Below, in pieces: positions 57,078 through 64,000 of a DNA stretch of 64,000 nt. A model generated the notes under the pieces. The model was not told the origin of the DNA and made no database searches. It saw nothing but the letters and a program-made list of their open reading frames with translations. Source of the DNA: a virus (Duplodnaviria > Caudoviricetes). The position numbers were made by a program, and so were the translations under genes. The stretch is taken from positions 32,001-96,000 of the IMG/VR virus record IMGVR_UViG_3300036987_000310; one strand, given 5' to 3'. How positions within the stretch are numbered: the first letter of the stretch is position 1; each line of letters starts with the position of its first letter.

Positions 57078-57670
57078 GCTACGAATTCCTTAGCTATTGA
57101 AGCAATTATGTTGTCGAAATCCGGGCCTGGGTCCATGGACAGCTTCTCCGCAATCAAGAGAGCTATTGGCATCGGGGCTTTCGTTCTTAAAAAACTGTCT
57201 TTCCCAACCGCTATTTCAAATTGCTTCGCAAATGTTATATGTGCTTCCGACGATTCGTATGGCTCGTAAAAGTTGACGGACGTGGAACCCGGGCTGCAGG
57301 CTTCTGGGGGAGACTTGACGAAGTGGGCGGAACAAGTTGTGGGGCGAACTGGATAAGCGTCGCATCTGGCTTGGTTCAACACTGGACACGGAATGCCCAT
57401 TTTGAACCAAGCCAGAGGCTTCACTTTTGCCGCCATTTTTCTTTGCTCTTCTGCCGTTTTTGCCACTCTGTCCCATTTGCTGTTTTTCTTCAAAAAGTCC
57501 ACCATGACCATGGCTTCGGCCAAGCTTATAGCCACATATCTTTTACAGCAGGCGCTGCACCCTGGCTTGCATGAAACTTTCGAAGTTTTGACAACGCTAA
57601 TTGACGCCTGCTGAGTTGCTGCCTTCATCGCAGCCCTCACCGGTTCAATTATCGCCGTTTTGACGTTCAT
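57074..57670 (-). CDS. YkgJ-family cysteine-cluster protein
   Basis: CKPGCSACC...CPVL...CDAYPVRPTTC motif. Confidence 0.85.
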   Translation of the reverse strand: MNVKTAIIEPVRAAMKAATQQASISVVKTSKVSCKPGCSACCKRYVAISLAEAMVMVDFLKKNSKWDRVAKTAEEQRKMAAKVKPLAWFKMGIPCPVLNQARCDAYPVRPTTCSAHFVKSPPEACSPGSTSVNFYEPYESSEAHITFAKQFEIAVGKDSFLRTKAPMPIALLIAEKLSMDPGPDFDNIIASIAKEFVA

Positions 57671-58005
57671 TAGTTCACGATTGGGAACGCATCGTCCAAC
57701 GATCTGTTTTGTATGTCGGCTGTGACGGTTTTTAGGATGGATGCGTCTTCTGTAAGGCGCCCTATGCTTTCGATAGCTCGTCGTCTAATTTGTTCTTCTA
57801 TTTTTTCCCTGCACCATTTGCTTGTCAACAAACGCCGATGCAAAAGGTCCCTTGCTTCGAAAACGAGCTGGTTTTCCACCGCCAATACCGAGTGGCCTGT
57901 CGGACATAGATGCTCTAGTAGACATTTTCGCGCAAATCGCGTGGCGTATAGCTCAATTGGTTTCAACAAGCCCTTTTTTGAGTTGGCCACGACTTCGATT
58001 TTCAT
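57670..58005 (-). CDS. Hypothetical protein
   Basis: 111 aa, coupled on both sides. Confidence 0.6.
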   Translation of the reverse strand: MKIEVVANSKKGLLKPIELYATRFARKCLLEHLCPTGHSVLAVENQLVFEARDLLHRRLLTSKWCREKIEEQIRRRAIESIGRLTEDASILKTVTADIQNRSLDDAFPIVN

Positions 58006-58661
58006 TGAACGCTGCTCACGGCCTGGCTGCTCTCCACCTGACTGATGAAGCTTTCGGCCTCGGCATCGTCAACTTTGTTATTGAACAAAGAAAACTGGTC
58101 TTCGTGTCGGGAAAACGACTTCTCGTCCTTCAACACGTTGTACAGGGACTGCCTGGACCAGTACCCCCATTTTGACGTAGCCTTTTTCCAAATGTCGGCA
58201 GCAGACATTTGGGTTTTATCTGCAAGGATTTGCTTCACCGCATCTTTGAGAAGAGGGCGCCCTTCCACAGTCTTTTTTTCGGAAGCAGAGGCTGCTTTCG
58301 CCGGCTTGGCGGGCGCGGGTTTCTTTGCCTCGGGCGCTGGCTTCTTCGCTGCCTTTGGCGCGGGTTTCTTTGCCGCGGGCTTCTTCGCCACGGGCTTCTT
58401 CGCCACGGGCTTCTTCGCTGCGGGCTTGGGTTTTGGCTCAAGTTTTTGCGCAGGCGCGGGCTTCTCCACTTTTGCCGTCTGCACGTTCGATAGGCCTCCC
58501 ATCAGGCCCTTCATCTCCTTGACAGCATCGGTCAAAACCGCCTTTTGCTTGTTGATGGCAATAACGGAGTTGTCGATTCCCTTCAGCAACGAGTTGATTC
58601 TGGCGATTGCTTGCTTCGGGGTTTTCTTTGTTTTCGGGGTTTTCTTTGTCTTCGTATCCAT
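58002..58661 (-). CDS. Histone H1/AlgP-like basic protein with C-terminal winged-helix-like domain
   Basis: KTPKTKKTPK N-terminus and (P/V)AKKP repeats, then LKDAVKQIL...MSAADIW...SRQSLYNVL...F...F. Confidence 0.65.
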   Translation of the reverse strand: MDTKTKKTPKTKKTPKQAIARINSLLKGIDNSVIAINKQKAVLTDAVKEMKGLMGGLSNVQTAKVEKPAPAQKLEPKPKPAAKKPVAKKPVAKKPAAKKPAPKAAKKPAPEAKKPAPAKPAKAASASEKKTVEGRPLLKDAVKQILADKTQMSAADIWKKATSKWGYWSRQSLYNVLKDEKSFSRHEDQFSLFNNKVDDAEAESFISQVESSQAVSSVQ

Positions 58662-58662
58662 G

Positions 58663-58911
58663 TCACTTGCCTTTCTTGTCGTTGGATCCGTCGATCCGAC
58701 GCTGGATTCTAGTCACGTCAGCAAAGCTGACAATGTTAAGCGTCCGGCATATTTTTTCTTTTTGGTGGCTAAAATTGTCGAGAATGGCTTTTTGTCTCGG
58801 CATGTCAGCCGCCTCAAACGCTGCTTTGGCGCTTGACCATAGGGCGTCCCAATTTATTTTTTGTTTTTTGGCAGACGCCCTTGAAACTTGTAACTTGTAT
58901 GGTTGTCCCAT
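58663..58911 (-). CDS. Hypothetical protein
   Basis: 82 aa; TTG-TAAAGT-N7-ATG upstream. Confidence 0.55.
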   Translation of the reverse strand: MGQPYKLQVSRASAKKQKINWDALWSSAKAAFEAADMPRQKAILDNFSHQKEKICRTLNIVSFADVTRIQRRIDGSNDKKGK

Positions 58912-58955
58912 TTGTCAGACTTTACAATTTGAACAATCTTTTTGTATAGTAATAT

Positions 58956-59123
58956 ATGACATATGACGAATTTTCCGGCAAGCTGCGCGAGATAAAGGAA
59001 GAGTATGAGTGCGCCAAAAAGTCAAAAATGAGCACCATAAAACAGCTTGAGGACTATCTCGTTGAACGTAAGGGAAGACGTTTTTCCAAGGGTTTGAAAT
59101 CGCTAAAAGGCCTGAAAGTGTGA
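58956..59123 (+). CDS. Small basic hypothetical protein (55 aa), absent from the ORF track
   Basis: Read manually: MTYDEFSGKLREIKEEYECAKKSKMSTIKQLEDYLVERKGRRFSKGLKSLKGLKV*. Preceded by TATAGT-N5; ends 4 nt before the next gene. Confidence 0.6.
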   Translation: MTYDEFSGKLREIKEEYECAKKSKMSTIKQLEDYLVERKGRRFSKGLKSLKGLKV

Positions 59124-59127
59124 GAAC

Positions 59128-59454
59128 ATGAACGTTTCTGACGCTTGGACCGTTCTTGGTAAAGATTGGAACTCAATAGCTGAGACCCTCTCGTCTTTAC
59201 CCGACGCTGCCGCTCGTATTCAAGCCACTGAAAGCCTGCTCATTGATGCCAAGAAGCTTGCCAAGAAGTTGATGGCCGTACATCATCCGGACAAAAATCC
59301 TGGAGATTTTGACGCTGCCGCTCGATTCCAACGCGTGAAAGACGCTTTGTTGACGATAGAAGATAACACGGAATCGTTTAAAGCCAAACACGAGTCTATG
59401 AAAGCTCGCGCTGAACAGAGAGCAGCCTCGGATGGCTTCATCGTGATAAAGTAG
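59128..59454 (+). CDS. Small J-domain-like protein
   Basis: AWTVLG...KKLMAVHHPDKNPG...AAARFQRVKDA; HPD motif. Confidence 0.7.
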   Translation: MNVSDAWTVLGKDWNSIAETLSSLPDAAARIQATESLLIDAKKLAKKLMAVHHPDKNPGDFDAAARFQRVKDALLTIEDNTESFKAKHESMKARAEQRAASDGFIVIK

Positions 59455-59476
59455 ACCTCTCATCGGGTGGTTTTTC

Positions 59477-60238
59477 GTGCCAATCCTAACAGCCATCCAG
59501 TATAAGCCCCGGTTTGCCACTTGTTCGGCAGACGTGTCTGACAACTTCAGGAGATGCGCCGACCTGGTGAATCAAGCCGCAGCGCTCGGGTCAGAAGTTG
59601 TTGTTTTTCCGGAGCTGACTTTCACAGGATATAGCTTTCTGTCGTTTGACGACGCCATACTTGTTGCAGAGCGTCGTGACGGGCCTACGTTCCAACGCAT
59701 GTCCAACATGGCGAAGATCTTGAAATGCTATGTTGTGTGGGGTTTTGTCGAAGCAGACGGGGACTTTTTATATAACTCAGCTTCCATGGCTGGTCCGAAC
59801 GGGGAGTTGCTTTTGACAAACAGGAAACTGAATCTTTGGGGAAATGATTTCCTGTGGGCCACGCCAGCAGACGACCTTCCCGGGATAGTTCAAACCGAGC
59901 TCGGGTGGCTGTCTGTTGTGGTGTGTAGAGATATTATCGATAAAGTTCCCGCAAAATCTGGAAAACCTGGAGTTTTTGTCAACAGGAAGGTTGACCTTGT
60001 AGCCGCACCCATGAACTGGGGAGGCGGGGGGTTTCCTGCAACTGATTGGATGGAGTTTTCGCAGAACAACTCGTGCGCCTTAATAGTTGCCAATAGATGG
60101 GGCGTTGAAGAAAACAGGTCTTTTCGACACGATTTCGGCCAGGGTGGGTCATTGATTGTCGGGAAAGATCTGAAGTCGCACATAGGTGGTTTGAAGTTCA
60201 ACAGCAACAGCGTGGTCGCCGCTATGGTCGACCTTTGA
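59477..60238 (+). CDS. Carbon-nitrogen hydrolase (nitrilase superfamily)
   Basis: Catalytic E (VFPEL), K (NRKLNL) and C (VVCRD); YNSA and ANRWG motifs. Confidence 0.85.
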   Translation: MPILTAIQYKPRFATCSADVSDNFRRCADLVNQAAALGSEVVVFPELTFTGYSFLSFDDAILVAERRDGPTFQRMSNMAKILKCYVVWGFVEADGDFLYNSASMAGPNGELLLTNRKLNLWGNDFLWATPADDLPGIVQTELGWLSVVVCRDIIDKVPAKSGKPGVFVNRKVDLVAAPMNWGGGGFPATDWMEFSQNNSCALIVANRWGVEENRSFRHDFGQGGSLIVGKDLKSHIGGLKFNSNSVVAAMVDL

Positions 60239-60244
60239 GGCATT

Positions 60245-60640
60245 ATGGCAGATGACTGCAGTCAAACTCCATGCAGACGAGACCCTAATGAAGAGTATGG
60301 CCCGAACACTCGGGTCAACCCAGACGCCACAAAGTGCACATTATGCACTGGAGACAAAACGAACAACATTTTCTATGTTCCTAGGGCTGAAGGGTACCCA
60401 TGGAGATGCGTGCTGGACGAGTTAACATACGAGCAGGTGGCCTCTGTCATTCAACGCGTTCCTGGGGCCAAAGAAGACTTGATGCGGATAACGGACGATC
60501 CCATACTGCTAGCCATGGCTAGAGATTTGGAACTGGTGGAAGATCCGATTGACGAGAACGAGCGCATACGCAAAAGGCTGCATGCAAACAGCCTCCCCAT
60601 GTACACAGTCCTTAAGGGAAATATTGACGGAACCCCATAA
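60245..60640 (+). CDS. Hypothetical protein
   Basis: 131 aa, Cys-containing N-terminus; GAGG upstream. Confidence 0.55.
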   Translation: MADDCSQTPCRRDPNEEYGPNTRVNPDATKCTLCTGDKTNNIFYVPRAEGYPWRCVLDELTYEQVASVIQRVPGAKEDLMRITDDPILLAMARDLELVEDPIDENERIRKRLHANSLPMYTVLKGNIDGTP

Positions 60641-60643
60641 ATG

Positions 60644-61360
60644 TCAGGCATACTGCCTGAACAATGGTCCGCCATAGTAGCCTAATCTGGCTCTATCAAT
60701 TACAACATGCGCTTTTTCTGTCACTAGCTTTGTGAGATCTATGTCCATCACATATGCCAAAACAAACGCATAGATGACGACATCGGGAAGTTCAGAGAGC
60801 ACTGCTGCGCGAAGACCCTCGCTAGCGTCTCCTCCATGGCGGAACGCCTTGACCATTTTGTTTAAGAGTTCCCCGGCCTCGCCTGCAACACCAGCCGAGT
60901 AATAAAAAGCCGGGTTTTGTCCGTAGGCTTCTTTCTCACCCATTTGCTTGATGTTGCACAGTATTTTGTGTGATTCGACGATGGCTGAAAAGATGTCGTC
61001 CGGCGCTTGTTCTCGCTCTTTCTCCAATTGTTGGATACGATGCATTAGAAAGTCCCGGATTTCCACTCCGCTGTTATAGGCAGATAAGCGAATCTCGTCT
61101 TTGGCCTTGTTCAACACGGCGTTTAACTCGTTGAGCCGGGCGTCAATTTCTGATTTCGTGTGCTTCGGAATGAAGTCTGTGTTGCATGCAAAACTTGCTT
61201 CATGCAACACTAGAGACGTTCCATATACGCCAACGCACTCGCCGTCTATCTTTGGCTCAGGCTGAAGCCACACTATTCCGGTTGTGTTGTCGACATCGTG
61301 AACCGAGTGCAGCCTTCCTCGAAACACGAGTTGCATTCCTGGCTCTAGCGAATCGATCAT
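60644..61360 (-). CDS. MazG-like NTP pyrophosphohydrolase with N-terminal extension
   Basis: GVAGEAGELLNKMVK...LSELPDVVIY (ExxE...ExxD). Confidence 0.8.
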   Translation of the reverse strand: MIDSLEPGMQLVFRGRLHSVHDVDNTTGIVWLQPEPKIDGECVGVYGTSLVLHEASFACNTDFIPKHTKSEIDARLNELNAVLNKAKDEIRLSAYNSGVEIRDFLMHRIQQLEKEREQAPDDIFSAIVESHKILCNIKQMGEKEAYGQNPAFYYSAGVAGEAGELLNKMVKAFRHGGDASEGLRAAVLSELPDVVIYAFVLAYVMDIDLTKLVTEKAHVVIDRARLGYYGGPLFRQYA

Positions 61361-62097
61361 CAGACTACCTTTCTTCTGGCTTCGACTGTCACCGCGTGAA
61401 GTTTTTTCGACTCCTTCTCCAGGAACTGATAATACGGGCTCAGCTTGTTTAACGGATAAGCTTCCGTCATGTTGGAAGAATGCATGACGGAAAAATCTTC
61501 TACCATGCGATGAAGAAAATTCCTAATCTCGCAGTTTCCTCGCAAGACTTCCCGACGCATGAACTGATAAAGGCTCATAAAATCTGCAGCTTTGACAACC
61601 GCGTCCACATATGTGGCGGCACTGGCTTGGGCAGCTGTTTGATCTGCCAACCATGACACTTGTTTTACCGCTGTTGGAATCAAATTTTCAATCATGTCTT
61701 TTTCTGCTCTATCCATTTCTTTTTTCAAAGCAGATGAGCTATATTTGAACGGCCTCACCACGTCTCCCGTCACGGCTTCTCCCATGTCGTGCGTGGCAGC
61801 TTTCAACATTATTGCGAGCAGAACAGACTGTTTTCCGTACTTCTTTCTTTCGCGACTTGAGCTTTGGCGTTGAAGCTCTTGATGTATCATAACTGCATAT
61901 AAAACTACCCAAAAACTGTGGTCTGCAACGTTTTCTGGAGTTGTTATTGGGATGCTGCTATACCTCCATACGTTGGATAGCCGACGGATCTCTCCTGACG
62001 AAGCACATACAACATTGCTCCATGGGTTTAAACTTACGGAAGGATCAGGGTCGTCGATTGCTTCGTCGAGTTCCGGTTCGCGCTTAGACTTCTTCAT
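61360..62097 (-). CDS. HD-domain phosphohydrolase, YfbR/DatZ-like
   Basis: RLSNVWRY...ENVADHS...THDMGEAVTGDVVRPFK...VKAAD. Confidence 0.85.
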   Translation of the reverse strand: MKKSKREPELDEAIDDPDPSVSLNPWSNVVCASSGEIRRLSNVWRYSSIPITTPENVADHSFWVVLYAVMIHQELQRQSSSRERKKYGKQSVLLAIMLKAATHDMGEAVTGDVVRPFKYSSSALKKEMDRAEKDMIENLIPTAVKQVSWLADQTAAQASAATYVDAVVKAADFMSLYQFMRREVLRGNCEIRNFLHRMVEDFSVMHSSNMTEAYPLNKLSPYYQFLEKESKKLHAVTVEARRKVV

Positions 62098-62284
62098 TTG
62101 TAGACATTACAGGAAGCATAGGCAAAGGATCTGTTTGCGGGGACAAGTCGCACACGCATCCCTGAATGCCGTTTTCAATCATTTTTCGCAACACTTCCGA
62201 AGCTTCCTCAGGCTCCAAAAAGGCGTGTTTGACAATCAGGTCGCCCTCGTGATCAGTGTATTCTATTGAATAAAATTTTTTCAT
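62084..62284 (-). CDS. Small hypothetical protein
   Basis: Likely ATG at 62284 (MKKFYSIEY). The track's TTG extension overlaps a + strand gene. Confidence 0.5.
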   Translation of the reverse strand: MKKFYSIEYTDHEGDLIVKHAFLEPEEASEVLRKMIENGIQGCVCDLSPQTDPLPMLPVMSTNEEV

Positions 62285-62320
62285 TGCGTAAATCCGGCAA
62301 TATCCGAAGTAACCAGAAAC

Positions 62321-62659
62321 ATGGAGAACTCTAAAGTTTGCATTTTTGACCCCGGGGACGTGGATGAGATTGGCCCATGTTCCGGGTGTTTGAAACCGCT
62401 CCGGTTGGTAAATCACGCCTGCAAAAAATGTCGCTCGCGCTTCGGTCAAAACTGCGGAATACTTTTTCGAAGATTCCGTGAAAACCCGACTCTATGCGCC
62501 AGGTTCTATGAGGTTTTGCCGCCCGGAAAGCAAAAAGTGTTCATAGACCTTTTCGGCCTCCCTCCTGACTGTCTTGCACCCGACGAAACACCTCGGAAAG
62601 TGTTTCGTCCCCATTTGCGCGTTGTTTACTCAGCGTCGAAGCAAAATCAGGAAGACTGA
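62321..62659 (+). CDS. Hypothetical Cys-rich protein
   Basis: CSGC...CKKC motifs. Confidence 0.5.
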   Translation: MENSKVCIFDPGDVDEIGPCSGCLKPLRLVNHACKKCRSRFGQNCGILFRRFRENPTLCARFYEVLPPGKQKVFIDLFGLPPDCLAPDETPRKVFRPHLRVVYSASKQNQED

Positions 62660-63059
62660 GACTGCGCAAGTTCGCAGCGCTTTCAAGCATGTTCAGCACA
62701 CGAAGGGGGTCTCCCTTCACTTCCATGGCCTTTTGAACTAACTCCATGGCAAGCTTGTCCCGCCAGCGGTCAATTTCAGCTACGGAAATCGGCCGCAATT
62801 CTCCCCCTTCCACCACCACCCACTCTCCACTTCCGAGCCATAAATCGGCCTTTGAAATTGTGTGGCGGTCTTTGTCAGTACACGGTCTTTCAACGCGGTT
62901 TTTTGACATTATTTTGACGTCGTCGTTTTTGTCAATCATGACTGCATCCGGTACGGACGGATCGAATTTTGTTGGAAAAAATCCGATCACATGAATGCTT
63001 TCATGACCACTATCATAAAAAACGCCATCACTAGACATATGACCGCAACCCCCATCCAC
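62541..63059 (-). CDS. Hypothetical protein, start uncertain
   Basis: 172-aa ORF that overlaps its neighbours at both ends. Confidence 0.45.
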   Translation of the reverse strand: MDGGCGHMSSDGVFYDSGHESIHVIGFFPTKFDPSVPDAVMIDKNDDVKIMSKNRVERPCTDKDRHTISKADLWLGSGEWVVVEGGELRPISVAEIDRWRDKLAMELVQKAMEVKGDPLRVLNMLESAANLRSLSLPDFASTLSKQRANGDETLSEVFRRVQDSQEGGRKGL

Positions 63060-63337
63060 TTCATCAAGTTCATGGACACCGAGAGCCAGTCCATCGACAA
63101 TTCGACAGTCTTTTGTTCTGGAGAACTATTGTGGGAAACCCTGCTGTAGGAAACCATGCTGTTCAGCTGATCCAGGGTCATATACCCAGCTTTCACCGGG
63201 ATATTTGCCGGCATGAAAGACGACGCGGGGACAATCGTCCCTGATCGCAGCAACTTGTGCGGACTATTTCCACATTGCACGCAAACAGTTGCCATGTCAT
63301 CATTTGAAAAACCGCACGTGTGACAAAGCTTCATCAC
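62987..63337 (-). CDS. Zinc-ribbon protein with C-terminal TM helix
   Basis: CHTCG...CVQCG; hydrophobic C-terminus WMGVAVICLVMAFFMIVVM. Confidence 0.65.
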   Translation of the reverse strand: MMKLCHTCGFSNDDMATVCVQCGNSPHKLLRSGTIVPASSFMPANIPVKAGYMTLDQLNSMVSYSRVSHNSSPEQKTVELSMDWLSVSMNLMKWMGVAVICLVMAFFMIVVMKAFM

Positions 63338-63987
63338 AATTTCCTGTTCAACTGCTTGATCCCTTCAGTCAACAGCGTCTGCACTGAGTCTGTTCTGTCC
63401 TGAACGGATTCCACGAATTTTTGCACATCATGCTTAGCGAAACCGAGTCCCCTTAGGCCAACGCCGAGCTGGTTCATAGTTTCACTGCACTCTACCGATG
63501 GTTCGAGCTTTTCATCGGATTCAGACCCGAGTTGTTCCCGCGATTGTTCCCACTCGTGCAGTCGCATTGCAGACTCAATCTTCATGTCAGCGTTTATTCT
63601 GTCAACTTCAGAAAGAGATTGCTGGAACAACCCGATTAAGAATGGGGAGTCCAGCCACCAATCTGAGTCCACTATGTCGATCATAAAGTCGACAAACGAC
63701 ACTGACTCCATGATCGATGATCGAATTTGAGGTCGCTGTGTGCTGACGGACACAAGTCCGCATGTGGCACTCACAGTTCCATTTTCTTGCGTGATGGCCT
63801 CGATCATGTGCACGGCGTTCCTGTTTTCGGCTTCGACCAACAGGAACCGGCTCACTGACCCACTGGGTGAAAACATCCCAAACACATACCAGGCACGGTC
63901 CAACCCAAAAGACGGGTGTCCGGGTCCAGCCACGACAACATCTTTTACCCGAATGTTTCCCATGCCTTGGATACGTTGTCCAGGCAT
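63334..63987 (-). CDS. Hypothetical protein with RuvA C-terminal-like domain
   Basis: C-terminus LGVGLRGLGFAKHDVQKFVESV...SVQTLLTEGIKQL matches the RuvA domain III pattern (L-LGY---EA---V...E-LLR-AL). Confidence 0.55.
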   Translation of the reverse strand: MPGQRIQGMGNIRVKDVVVAGPGHPSFGLDRAWYVFGMFSPSGSVSRFLLVEAENRNAVHMIEAITQENGTVSATCGLVSVSTQRPQIRSSIMESVSFVDFMIDIVDSDWWLDSPFLIGLFQQSLSEVDRINADMKIESAMRLHEWEQSREQLGSESDEKLEPSVECSETMNQLGVGLRGLGFAKHDVQKFVESVQDRTDSVQTLLTEGIKQLNRKL

Positions 63988-64000
63988 GAATTTTCGCTAT

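Noticed and set aside
50103-58661. Eukaryotic giant virus, suggested by the H1-like and DnaJ genes
   Set aside because: SD motifs, sigma70-type -10 elements, a sigma factor, DnaB, family A polymerase and baseplate J all indicate a bacteriophage.
58045-58836. 263-aa + strand ORF with FFAAG repeats
   Set aside because: It is the reverse complement of the PAKK repeats of the H1-like gene.
1-64000. Stop-codon reassignment
   Set aside because: Very long ORFs are intact under the standard code, and TAA, TAG and TGA all terminate tightly coupled genes.

Overview
A 64-kb segment of a large tailed dsDNA phage, most likely a contractile-tailed jumbo-type myovirus, using the standard genetic code. About 1-41.4 kb is a + strand virion block: baseplate wedge and baseplate-J-like genes, giant tail/fibre proteins with His-pair helical repeats, a five-LamG adhesin bracketed by 60-bp repeat arrays, two paralogous structural proteins, a beta-helix tailspike and a possible lysis pair. 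A free-standing GIY-YIG endonuclease interrupts this block. About 41.7-64 kb is a mixed-strand replication/accessory block: SNF2 helicase, DnaC-like protein, DnaB, stand-alone primase Zn finger, DnaJ, family A DNA polymerase, sigma factor, H1-like protein, nitrilase, MazG-like, YfbR-like HD and a RuvA-CTD protein. The most striking unannotated signals are regulatory. At least 10 non-virion genes have a TAnnnT -10 hexamer 5-7 nt before the start codon (predicted leaderless mRNAs), whereas virion genes often have SD motifs and a TAWTG motif. A perfect 20-bp inverted repeat downstream of the endonuclease would sequester the start codon of the next virion gene, and a candidate late promoter lies inside its loop. 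No tRNA, rRNA, CRISPR array or reverse transcriptase was recognised by eye. Product calls rest on motif recognition, not database searches.
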